From Isurus oxyrinchus (taxonomy: Eukaryota): a stretch of 64,000 nucleotides of DNA. How positions within the stretch are numbered: the first letter of the stretch is position 1; every line of letters starts with the position of its first letter. The notes below the pieces were generated by a model, which worked only from the letters and a program-made list of their open reading frames with translations, made no database searches and was not told the origin of the DNA. The DNA lies in the NCBI GenBank assembly GCA_026770705.1, contig JANJGN010000089.1, forward strand, positions 1,302,001 to 1,366,000, in the 5' to 3' direction. Of this stretch, positions 35,522 through 46,829 are shown piece after piece. The position numbers and the translations under genes were made by a program.

Positions 35522-36462
35522 TGAACCTACTGACAATAGTGACTCTCTGCAAAGGAAATTGCCACCTTCCCATAAGTATCTCTATATACATGGTGGCCAT
35601 GGCAGCAGTGGATCTACTGGCCACGCTCATCCATAGAATTGGGCATCAAATTATGCGGGAACGTTTTCCAAATTCAATCCTCTCCTATACCTTTATTTGT
35701 AAACTTATGTTGTACATGACTTCTACCAATGTTGGTTTGTCCGTCTGGTTTACAGTCTCCTTCACATGTGACCGGTTTGTTGCTATATGTTGTGAGAAAC
35801 TGAAAACCAGATATTGCACAGTGAGAACTGCGTCCATCATCATAATAATTGTTTCTGTGCTAATTTGTTTAGAGAGCATCCCTTTTTGGCTTGCATTTGA
35901 ACATAAAATAATAATTAACAATATTGAGTGGGGTTTCATCCCCAGTATGTCCTTTCTCAGATCGCCTGCAGGCGGAGCCTACTTCAGATTACAAAGTTTT
36001 CTATTTTCATTGATTCCTTTTGCTTTGATATTACTATTTAATTGTTTAACAGTGAGACGCATTATCATAACCAATATTGCCCGCAGGAGACTCCGGGCTC
36101 CCAGGACTGGGAATCAGCGCGATGCAGAGATGGAGAACCAAAGGAAATCCATTATTTTACTGTTCGCCCTGTCGGCAAATTTTATATTGTTAAGTCTGAT
36201 ATCAGTAGTGAGTCAGTGGACTGATGCCCTGGTTCTAATATTCCGACGAGAATATACAAACCCTGCATATATTGTCAATGAGACTGGATACATGCTCACC
36301 CAGTTGAAGTCTTGTACAAACACATGCATTTATGCAGCGACACAAACAAAGTTCAGAGATGAGCTCATTAGTGTGGTCAAATCTCCTTGGAAATTTGTTT
36401 TGTCGTTGGGTACAAGTATGAATAAAAACAAAGCCAAATGTCCTGCCCTTGTTGGAGAATAA
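35522..36462 (+). CDS. GPR139-like (probable G-protein coupled receptor 139 family) class A GPCR, coding exon 2; full protein 336 aa
   Basis: Open 313-codon frame preceded by a polypyrimidine tract and CAG acceptor (35519-35521). Hydrophobic 7TM pattern with YMVAMAAVDLL (TM2), SVWFTVSFTCDRFVAIC (TM3, DRF), IPFALILLFN (TM5), RKSIILLF (TM6) and SCTNTCIYAATQTKFR (TM7/H8). Likely a paralog of the expanded family rather than the 1:1 GPR139 ortholog. Confidence 0.93.
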
Positions 36463-36959
36463 TTACAGCCCTTGTTTCCATATAGAATAGCCAACTTTCC
36501 ATTTAGATCAAAGGAGTTGGTTGTCATTGAAAATCAAGAGGAATCAGAAAGCATTTCCTGAATTTAGTGCCGTGTGTTTCATGTCTATTGTTCTCCAACA
36601 CTGTACAGCTCAATTCCCTGATTAAACCTTCCACTTTATACCCCAGATTCAAAGGGAATAGTCACGTTTGAGGTTCAAATAGGGAATCGAACATGGGGGA
36701 GTCTGCATTTACTGCCATACACTCCAGCTACTGGAATAATGTTCTCTGGTAAATTAATTTATCGCATCCTTTAGGATAGAAGGTGTTGAAAACTAGATTG
36801 TTTATCGTTAACCTGTAATATCGGTGTGGATGTTACAAACCCTGGTGCCTCCATCAGATTCCAGCTTCCATTTCTTCCGGAGGTAAAAGAAAAGTGTCAT
36901 GTCCGTGATCTGTATCAAATTATAAGGCAACAAGAACTTGGTTCAACGTATTAACTATA

Positions 36960-37330
36960 ACTCTCAATTGGTCGTGAAAATGTTGGTATTTTCAAAGAGG
37001 CGAATGGCCATTCCAAACAGCCAAAACTTGTGGACCTTTAGCCTCCAATCAAGAAAATAGTCGCAACAGTTTATGCCGGCACTTATGAACATCATCTGGC
37101 TATTTTTGTTCACCAACATATTTATTTTCATCTTTATTTTGGAATAATTTCTGTCTCTGCGAAATCCACTGTCTCCCAGTTGCCGGTAAAGATTTTTGTT
37201 CACCATCAATTCTAAATGATTCTGGCATTGAATATTTTATATCTGACGTTTAGTTCTTGACCCCTGATCTAACAGAAGGTATCAGCATCCATTTGTCCAG
37301 TCCTCTTGAAGGTTAACCAGTTGGGTACGA
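36960..37330 (-). mobile_element. CR1 3' fragment
   Basis: Antisense CR1-like ORF2 end and 3'UTR, degraded. Confidence 0.4.
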
Positions 37331-37950
37331 CTCAACGAATTAAAAATAAAAACTCACTTGATAACCGTGTGGTGTCCTTCTGCCAAGGAAACCTCTGAAC
37401 GTGCACCATTTTACTTAGTATGAAAGATACAGAAAAACAAGAACAGACATGCCGTTTCAATGTTACATTGATGGGATATTTATCTAGAGTGAAAGTATCC
37501 ATAAAATGAATATATTAAACTTAATGCAATCATGCATTGCGTACTGGGGCTCATAGTCTGTTGCACATGAACACGCATATGCTGACTCAACGCTTTTCTA
37601 TCCATTAGGCCTCTGATACTGAACTCGGCATTCTGCTATGTTTTTTTCATCCACGAACAGTAGCCAGGCTGATTGTCATTTCAATTTCCCGCTTGTTCTT
37701 ATTATTCCATATTTAATAAATCTATGGCGAATCACTTCAGTGTTCAAGAATATGGCTGCAAACCTTACATGTCCAATGAACTTCGAACTTCAATTCTGGA
37801 ACAGATTCATTCATTCAGAATTGTGATTTAATTCGTTTCCCGTCACACTTCAATGTTCCAAAACATCGTTAGGCTCACGGAAAGTCAACCTCCTAATTAT
37901 AGTGTTCAGTGGCATCCAGGCTCTGCCAATCCTGCTGGCAGTCAGCTTTC

Positions 37951-39585
37951 TGAAACAAAAACAAAAATACCTGAAAAAACTCAGCTGGTCTTACAGCATC
38001 TGCGGAGAAGTACACAGTCGACGTTTCGAGTCCATATGATTCTTCATCAGAACTAAGGAAATAGAAAAATGAGGTGAAATATAAGCTGGTAGAGGTGAGT
38101 GGGTCAGGTAATGCTGGATAGGGGCCCAGTGATAGGTGTAGGCACAGAAGCGATTGCCAAAGATGTCATAGAGAAAAGGGAAAAAAAAGTGGTGTTGATG
38201 GTGGTGATGTTATCTAAGGAATATGATAATGTGGACATTAAGGGAAGCAAGCAGAACAAGCTAGACGTGGACGGCCCTGGTGGGGGTGGGGGTGGGGGTG
38301 GGGGAAGGGATCGAAAGGTACAGATAAAACAATAGATCGAAATAAATTTTAAAAATAGGTTGGAAAAGAAAAATATATATATTTTTAAAGTATACATTAT
38401 TGGAAAAAGCGGGAGTGGAGGGGCTGGTGGAGAGTTCATGATAGGAAATTGTTAAACTCAATATTAACTCCGGAAGCCTGTAATGTGCCTAGTCAGAAGA
38501 TGAGGTGCAATTGTAGCAAGCTAAGGATGGACATGTAGGCATATGAGAGCAGGTTGATGTGTTGAAATGGCAAGCATCAGGGACGTCTGGGTCATGATTG
38601 CGCTCAGACCGATGGTGTTCCGCAAAGCTGTCACACAGTCTGCATTTGGTCTCTCCAATGTAGAGGAACCCGCATTGGGAGTATCGAATGCAGTTGACTA
38701 AATTGAGAGACGTGCAAGTGAAGCTCTACTTCACTGGAAAGGGGTGTTTTGGCCCTTGGATGGTGAGGAGGGGGGAATAAAGGGGCCAGTGTTGCACGAT
38801 CTGTAGATGCATGGGAAGGTTCAGTGGGAGGGGGTTGAGGTGTAGGGTGTGATGGCAGAGTGGACCAGGGTGTCCCGGAGGAACGTTCCATGTGAAAAGC
38901 CGCCGGGAGGCAGGAGGGGTGGGTGAAGGCAAAATCTTTTTGGTGCTAGCAGCATGCTGGATTTGGCAAAAATAGGGGACGATGCTCCTTTCAACGTGGA
39001 GGCTGTAGGGTGATAAGTGAGGACAAGGGGGACCCAATAATTCTTCTGGGAGGGAGGTAAAGGTGTGAGGGCGAATGCACGGGAGATGGACCGGACACGG
39101 ATGAGGGCTCTGTCAACAACCGTGTGTGGAAAACATCAGTTAAGGAAGAAGGCAGACATGTCAGAGGAACTGTTTTGGCAAGTGGCGTCATCAGAGCAGA
39201 TGGCACAGAGGGGAAGGAACAGAGAGATTGGGATACAGTCCTTAAAGAAAGAGGGGTGTGAGGAGCTGTATTCGAGGTAGCTGTGGGAGTCGGTGGGCTT
39301 GTAATGAATATTGGTGGACAACCTGTGACCAGAAATTGAGACTGAGAGGTCAAAAATGGGAAGGGAAGTGTTAGTGTTGGACCACGTGAAAATGATGGAG
39401 GGGTGTAAATCAGAGAAAAAAAAAAAAATTTTTCCAGATCCAGGAGAGATCATGAAGCGGCACTGAAACATTTATTGATGTAGTTTGAGAAACATTTGTG
39501 GAAACTGAGTAGTACTGGAACAGGTAATGTCCCACATACCGCATGAAGACAGGCATTAATGGGGTCAATGCATTACCCATATCCA
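37951..39585 (-). mobile_element. Penelope-like retroelement (RT C-terminal half + GIY-YIG endonuclease + 3' pseudo-LTR), pseudogenised
   Basis: VDMGNALTP..FMRYVGH, HPSIIFTWS, LPIFDLSVSI and NIHYKPTDSHSYLEYSSSHP (PLE RT); CIRYSQCGFLYIGETKCRL (GIY-YIG); terminal hammerhead motif. Confidence 0.92.
38014..38054 (-). ncRNA. minimal type I hammerhead ribozyme motif
   Basis: Minus strand reads AGUU-CUGAUGA-AGAAUCAUAUGGACUC-GAAAC-GUC-GACU, giving the conserved CUGANGA and GAAA cores, stems I and II, a palindromic ACGU stem III and a GUC cleavage triplet. Confidence 0.7.
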
Positions 39586-40520
39586 CGTCATTTAATTGCT
39601 CTCTGGAACTGCTTTCTGAAACTGGTGAACAGCTGCTCTTGTTTCTGCGCATAAATTGCATTTTCCTTTATCTGTATTCAGACGTGAAGTACCATTTAAG
39701 GCAGGCGTCGGGCAGCAGATAGATGGTTTAATTATGTCGAACAGCGATTAATCAAAAACTATCTACTATGAGCATCAATGTCCAGTCAACAATACATAAA
39801 ATAAGTAATGGAAAATTTAACCCTTTACACTACGGTGTCAAATGCATTTACATATGTATGTATTTTCATAACCCTGTTTGTACGTGTAGACTTCTTGTTT
39901 TCCCTTAGGTAGCTCTTTTTTTTCTAATTAACAGTCACGGAGTATCCCCGACATTGCTATCCCTTGCGTCAATAATTAAGCCATTATTTTAACTTGCGTC
40001 CACTACTTCAAAATAAATACATATCGCTTTCCCCTGATACGTCCATTCATTCCATTTCAATTTAGACAGCTCGTGTGTTACTCAAAACGAAAGAATATCA
40101 GAGGAGAGCTAATTATTTTGTGAATCCTCCTTGAATACTTATTTTGCCATTGGGTGAAAATTTGAAAAATCTAACCAAAAATTCCAGTCCGAGTTGGAGC
40201 ACAGTTCGTGTGCTTCATTGAGTTATCTTGCCCGCCTATCAGACAACTCTCGATTATCAGTAAATTGACGGGAGGTGCTGTTGAAGTGCTATCAAGCATC
40301 GCTTGCACACCAATAAAATGCTCACTGATGCGGTCGTAACTTTGCCTCACGATTTCCTTCAAAAATTACTCAGCGCTGCAGCCGGTAGAGGCAATTCCGG
40401 CTGCAGTAAATTGAAACGGGTATCGGCTCAATGTTATACGTGGCCATCGGTACTTGCCTCCGCTTCACTGCTACTTGGAAGATGAGGGCCCATGTCTAAA
40501 TCCCATAGAAGTTGAAACGC

Positions 40521-40590
40521 TGTTCTGTCCTACTCTCTGACCTGTGAACTTCACTGTGTCACAGATTAGTGACCACTACTGTACGGAAGC
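40521..40590 (-). pseudogene. tRNA-Val-derived pseudogene
   Basis: Reverse complement GCTTCCGTACAGTAGTGGTCACTAATCTGTGACACAGTGAAGTTCACAGGTCAGAGAGTAGGACAGAACA vs tRNA-Val GTTTCCGTAGTGTAGTGGTTATC...ACACGCGAAAGGTC...GGCGGAAACA. Confidence 0.6.
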
Positions 40591-40989
40591 AATAACTGCA
40601 ACATAAGCGGAAAACTTCAAAGTCTGTCAGGGAATAGATTCTGCACGCTCGTATTCTTTCACAGTTAAAATGTAAATATGAAATGAACCAATTCTTAACA
40701 AAAAAGTTCTCCTTTTTTGTTTCAATATTTGCAAACTTGCTCCATTGCCTTTTTACTATGGGTTAAACAGTAGTTCTGTGGAATTCCCATAATACCATCT
40801 ACATTTTCTTAAACAAAACCAAAACACAATTAAACAAAGAACGAAGCGCAATGCTGAGAGTTTCACAGGAAACAATCAAATCGGAGAGGAATGATATCCG
40901 AGAAGAATAAATCTGAAAGAAAGGCGGACAATTGAAAGAGTCAGTTTTAGCCGGCAGATTCTGTGCAGTAGAGTATATCGGGGATCAGC

Positions 40990-41110
40990 TCTAGGGTCCT
41001 TGTATAGACCTGAATTGTTATTCCTCCCTTTCTCTCTCCAGTGATATTACTGCTGAGTCTTTCCAGCAACTTATGTTATTATTTACGAATCCCAGCGTGT
41101 GCAGTAATAC
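40990..41110 (+). mobile_element. degenerate Penelope 3' tail
   Basis: agggtc...gacctgaattgtta...tctctctcca...tgctgagtctttccagca; hammerhead core mutated. Confidence 0.55.
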
Positions 41111-41431
41111 ATCTCGCTTTTTGAAGACTAAACAACCCTTGTGCGGCAATCGATATTTAAATAAGAAATAGGGAACATCAGAGTGAAACTTATCCGAGAA
41201 TGACTGAATTTCACTTAATCCGAGTAATTTCATTTTCGTTCCACGGTGCAGCTCACGGAAAATCATAATTATTAAAAATGCGAAAAAAGGAAAAAAGCCT
41301 GAGTGAAAATTTAAATAGGTTTGTATTCCAATTGGACCCGCATGTATTGTCCAATTAAAATGCCTCCGAACCGCTTGAAGTGTACTTGCACTCTTATAGT
41401 TAACGGCTTCACGAATTTAGAGTTTGCATAC

Positions 41432-41503
41432 TAGCATGGACGGGAATCGAAATCGGATTCAATGCTTTGGAAATAACCATGCTAGTCACTATATCACCAT
41501 CTT
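41432..41503 (-). pseudogene. tRNA-Gly(TCC)-derived pseudogene
   Basis: Reverse complement gATGGTGATATAGTGACTAGCATGGTTATTTCCAAAGCATTGAATCCGATTTCGATTCCCGTCCATGC retains TTCCAA and TTCGATTCCCG. Confidence 0.7.
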
Positions 41504-42669
41504 TGACTGGTGAGGAGCTTTGGCGATTTTTTTTTTCCAGATTTTATTACTGATCTGTTCCTTTTTGGTAATCAGTATTTTTTTCCACTCCCATGAAATA
41601 TTAAGGATACGCTGATAATGATGTAACTTTTCTTAGTGTAAAGGTGTAGCTAATACCTGCAACATTTGATGAGATTCACAGATGTCTTTTTCTGAAGCTC
41701 ACATCAGTCATTCACTCAAGATAAATGTTAAGTTCAATTGTTGTTCAAAAGATTCAGACCTAGCACACATACATTTCCAGACACCAGACACATGCTCCAT
41801 TATGGAACTCTTATTCTGTCCGCCCCCTCCCCAATCTCCCCATTCATTAAATAATGACCTATGTTCCATTGTGCGGCAGATTTTCAAAGTGCACACAATC
41901 TTGGGCAAAGGGTGCAAAAAACTAGGAAATTATGAGCAACCTGTGTGAAACACTGCTTTGACCTTAGCTACAGTATTGTGCCCAGTTTTCATTGCCACAC
42001 TTAGGAAGTAGTGAAATTCAAACACTTACAGTCCCAATTGCCAAACATTACTATTTTCGTTACAACTGTATTTCTGGAAGCTGATTATAATTAAATAGAA
42101 AACACATAATTGGAATCAGGCATTAGAAATTGATGTCGGTTGTTACGGAGGACACATTGAGTGGAGATTAAGATTGTAAATCTCTCCAAGGGCCTTTCAC
42201 ATTTCAGTGTAACCTGAAACTGAATTTGAACAATAGACTGATACGCTTCAGTGTTTCCACTGATATTGTTCAAGTTGGGATCAAATCCTGCCGGACAATT
42301 TCTGCACATAAGAACATTAATATCAACGATTCCTGGGACAGGTTTCACTGAGAGAGATGAAGAGTCAGTGGACGAACTGTCACAGTTGTTCTGTTCCCGA
42401 CTCTCCAGCTCTCTGTCTGCTATTGAGGAAATTGTCTCGCAGGAAATGTGTTTCGAATTCCGCCCGATTAACACTAGATGAATAGAACGCTGCTGATCCA
42501 ATTTCCAGTATCTGGCTCCTGGTGAGGACACCGCTGGATTTTGCGTGCAATTGGAAGGATGCAATAATGACTAAGCATTGGGTACAGAGCAGTAACTTCC
42601 GTATCTCAAACAAAGGGATTAATGCGGCTCTTTGCGTCAATCAGGAGATTTATTAAACTCAATAAATCA

Positions 42670-43240
42670 TACAGGATTAGAATGATGCAGCACAGAAGCG
42701 ATGCCATTCAGACATCATGCCTGTGCGGGCACTCTAAAGGAGCTAATCAATTAGTTCCACTACTCTTTCCTTCCTCCATAACCCTGTGACCTCCCAACAT
42801 CACGGATTTGTTAAAATCCATTATTTAAGTTATTACTGTACCTGCTTCTACCACCCATTCAGGCTGTGAATTCCAGATTAAGACAATCTGCTGCATCAAA
42901 GAAGTCTTCTCATATCCCCCTCTTATCATTTTGTCAATTATCTACCCTCTGGTTAGCGCCTCTTCCCTCAATGGAAACAGGTTGTTATGATTTAGTTTAG
43001 CAGTTTGCTTAACTCCATTAAACCTCGTCTTAACACCTGCTGGAAGGAGAAGAATCCATCTTCCTTCTCTTTCCATGTAACTGCAGTCCCGCGCCTCTGT
43101 ACTCTACTAGCATATCTCATTTGCAAAATCTTTAGCACCTTGACATCTTTCCTAAAGCATGCGGCGAGGAATGGGTGATAATACGCCAGCTGGGTTCTGA
43201 CCAATCATTCAGAAAGGTTCAGTATATCTTCCCTGCTTTT
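42670..43240 (-). mobile_element. CR1 3' end
   Basis: VRTQLAYYHPFLAACFRKDVKVL (cf. [24 protein letters not shown]) plus 3'UTR. Confidence 0.75.
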
Positions 43241-43244
43241 GGAT

Positions 43245-45854
43245 TGCGGCCCTGTTCAGATTTCTAACTCTGGGAGGACAGATGTAGCTTTATTCCCTCT
43301 CTTGACTTTACTCTTCCTGGACACTTGCAGCAGTTAACGTATGACAGGCACGTTTCCCACATCTTCCTTCCCACATTGCGTAATCGAGCTCATATCGCCC
43401 CCCCAGCAGCCCCAAAAGGCAGCTGGGTCTTCGGATCTACATCCTCCGATGAGGTCTCATCCTTCTCCAGGTTGTACTCTGGCAGGGATTCGCCTCTTTG
43501 CATAGCTTGATTGATAAGAGCTCAAAATACTGCGATCTTGTTGGAAACCCTCTTGGGAGGGCATTGGGTGAGCTCCCTGAACGGTCCAGACATCTGAAAG
43601 CATCTTCAGAAGCTGTGTGGTCTGCTCCATCGGAAATATGTGGAGTACTGAGCACCATTTCACCTCTCCTCGGAACGAGTCTTAGGGTGAAGCACTGGTG
43701 TCATCAGCCAGCTTTTCAGTGCCCACCCCTTATCTCCAAGCAACCATCCCTGTAGACATAATGGCCCCTCGAAAATATCAGGCACCCGAGTTTGACTTAG
43801 TGTGTAGGATTTCTGGCAACTCCTAGGGTAAACCTTCATAAACGTGCAGGATGGGCTTTGGGTGATCACACACCAGTTATACCTTGATGGAACGATTGTC
43901 CTTGCGGTTTATAAATATTGTAGGCTGCTACCATGGAGCCCGTACATCTATAATGGTGCAATCTAGTTCACGCTGCACTTTTGCGAAGCTTGAGATGCTG
44001 GCGAAGCCGGTATATTTCACAGCCTGATGATCTTCGCCCAGAATGAGCCAGACTAAATGACAGGCCTTCCAACAAAGTGCAACCGTAACCTTATTTGTGC
44101 AACAATGTGCTGCGGACTGACTAACGCCACGCTGCCTGCTTGTTGAACATTTCAAAGATCCAGAAGCTAACAAATTGAGTGCAGTGGTCACCTTCAAAGC
44201 CACTGGCCAGGCATAGTCTCCAAATGAACGTGGGTCATATATTCACCAAGAATGTGGCAAATATGACATACCTGAGCTGGGGACAAGGGCAGACGTGCAT
44301 GGCAATGCCACTCATTTGATCTGTAAGTAGGAGACTCTTCAACGCTATGCCCTAGGTCTGGTGAGCCACCCCATTGTCTGGGAACAGCTACTGGCACTGC
44401 AAATGATGCTCTGGCTCTGCCTGACCATTTACCTCCTTCTGGAGGCACGCAGCGCCTTGTCTCCCTCCCCTGCCTCCTTGCTTACGTTAGGACCCTGACA
44501 AGGGCAGCATTGAGCACAATATCGCTGTCACCTTTTACCTTCCCTCTGAAAGGGAAATTTGAAGGTATTAACAGTTAGAGGCAACAAAGTTAACCTGTGA
44601 GGATGACACGTTTGGAGAATGTAAGGGTCCACAGATTTTTCTTCCATACCTGCATAGTGGCTGAAGCCAGCTTGTCCCTGAGACAGAAACACACAAACTG
44701 GGGTGACCAAGGTGGCATCGAGGATGTGTAAAATCTTGAGATCTGGGTGGGATGCTACAGATCAAAAGAGACGATTGGTCCAACCTAGCTCTGTGCTTCA
44801 ATCTCTGATATCACAATCAATGATCAATCAGTGATTCGATGACCTTTGCCCCATAAGGTGCGTCAACCCTGGTGAACACGTGGCAGATTGATGAAGTTTC
44901 CTAAATGATGCCGGTATTCCTTCTTCACTATAGCTTGCATTCGTAAATCCTCTTCCTAAGTGCTTCTATTGAGGTGCAGTGACTGTGGTTTTAAGCCACT
45001 AAGTTCAGAGTAACTCTTTAACACTGTTAAAGAAACCATTGGCTTTCAGGGCCTTTCCATCCAAGGAATTCTCCCTCCTTTCCTTTTAAGCGGATTATTG
45101 CTCACTCCTGCGGGAACAAAGGTTTAGAGTTCATTCCGAGAAAGGGCACACTCGTGTTCACCCTTCCCCCTAACTGCCATTTCACAGCCTTCCCCTCCGC
45201 CTGTTGCACTGGTGTTCACACTTTACCCTGGCGGCCATTGCACAACCTTCCCTCCCAACTGTCTCCCTCATGTTAGCCCGTGCAAATGTATGCCATCACA
45301 CGAGCTTCACTCCCCGATAACCCCTCGTGTTCATGAAGCCAGCCCTCGCCTCACAGCCCACCCCAAGTTGAAGTTTAAGTCACTAAATTTGGAAGCATGC
45401 ATGTGTATCGCAGTGCAGTGGTGCTTCTCGGGACAAGGTAGGCAAAGAGCAGGAGTACCCGACAGCCTGAGGAAAGTGGCATCCATCGCAATATCTCTCG
45501 AGCAGCTTTGGCCCACTCGCCTGGAGTTTGCCAGCGAACTGAAGAGCGACTTGTGCATGCCACCGTTTCACAAATGGATTTGCCGCCGATGTACATTCCC
45601 GCTGGCATTATGGAAGACTGAAGCCGTGGCCAGATTCCAATGAGAATCTACTTTAATGAACATTCGTGACATGCTAATGAATGCAAAATGAAATCATGCC
45701 ATTAGTTAGAGGGGTAATAAACGCCCCGTTAGTACCCCGTTAGGAGAATTGTAAGCTAATTTGTGACAGCTGAATTGTGACTTTTTGCCTGCTGCTAGGT
45801 TCTCCGCTTCACACCGCCACGAAACCCATGTGTGAGAGATGGGGAAATTCTCCC
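43245..45854 (-). mobile_element. PIF/Harbinger DNA transposon with decayed HARBI1-like DDE transposase (about 43440-44420)
   Basis: ALKVTTALNLLASGS, GVSQSAAHCC, FAKVQRELDCT (cf. FPQVQGAIDCTH), FINRK, GWLLGDKGWALKSWLMTP, EQTTQLLK and FRCLDRSG, with stops and frameshifts. TIR-like gggagaattt at 45845-45854; left end uncertain. Confidence 0.85.
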
Positions 45855-45855
45855 A

Positions 45856-46125
45856 GGAATACTGGTGAACCAAGAGACTGGCGATAATGATGAAGGAAAA
45901 TAAATGAATATGTGGATCTGATAACCTAATAGTGCTGAATGCTGATAATTGCTCTTGATCTGATAACCCACACATCAGAGAGTTGCAATAGGTGGCTGCA
46001 GAGCTGTCGTAATTGTCATCTACCAAAATTCTATAGATTCTGGGACCTGAAGATTGGAAGATCGCAATTGTTGCTCCATTAGTTAAGAAAGGGGGAGAGG
46101 GGAGGAGGTTAACTACGAACCTTAC
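45856..46125 (+). mobile_element. CR1 ORF2 fragment
   Basis: cctgaagattggaagatcgcaattgttgctccattagttaagaaaggg encodes PEDWKIAIVAPLVKKG. Confidence 0.7.
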
Positions 46126-46129
46126 ACAA

Positions 46130-46825
46130 GAGCATACGAACAAGTAGCAAAATATGGCCATTCAACACCTCGAACCTGCTTCGCCGTATAATAAAATCAC
46201 TGCCGATCTGATAGTAACTGGAAATCTGCATTCGAACTTCCGACGATAACTTATGACCCATCTGCTTATCGAGGATCTCGCCACCTCTGCCTTAAAAATA
46301 TTCAAATGTTCTACGTCAAGCTCTTTTTAAGCAAAACAGTTTCAAAGCCTCAAGGCCGTCAGTGTGAAAAAATGGCCTCACCTCTGTTATAAATGGGTGA
46401 ACACTTATTTACAAAATGTGACACCTAGTTCTCGATTTTCCCACAAGCGGATATATCATCCCTACCTATACCCTGTCAAGAGCCCTCGGAATCTTATATG
46501 TTTCAATGCAGTCGCCTCGTGCCCTTCTAAACTTCAGCGGACAAAAGGCTAGTCTGCCCAAGCTTTCCTCATAAGTCAATTTACCTATGCCAGGCCTCAG
46601 ACTTTTAAATTGTCTCTGATCTGCTTCCAACGCATTTGCATCCTTCCTTAAATAAGGTGACAGTTACTGTCTACAGAACTCCAAATTTGGTTTCACTGGA
46701 GCAATGTATAACTGAAGCATACTTACCATTGTATTCAATTCCCCTCCAACAAACAATAACGCTCTATTAGCATTCGTAATTAAATGCTGCGCGTGCACAC
46801 TAGACTTTCGTGATTCTTCCACTTG
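46130..46825 (-). mobile_element. CR1 3' end
   Basis: Antisense CR1 tail and ORF2 end (ccttatttaaggaaggatgcaaatgcgttggaagcag, PYLRKDANALEA). Confidence 0.75.
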
Positions 46826-46829
46826 TTAT

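Noticed and set aside
40200-40360. Possible decayed histone H4 (PPIRQL, TDAVVT)
   Set aside because: Only scattered 3-4 residue matches in different frames
42091-42564. 157-aa minus-strand ORF
   Set aside because: No recognisable domain and a non-ATG start; the paralogous block at 1200-1600 does not preserve a comparably long frame
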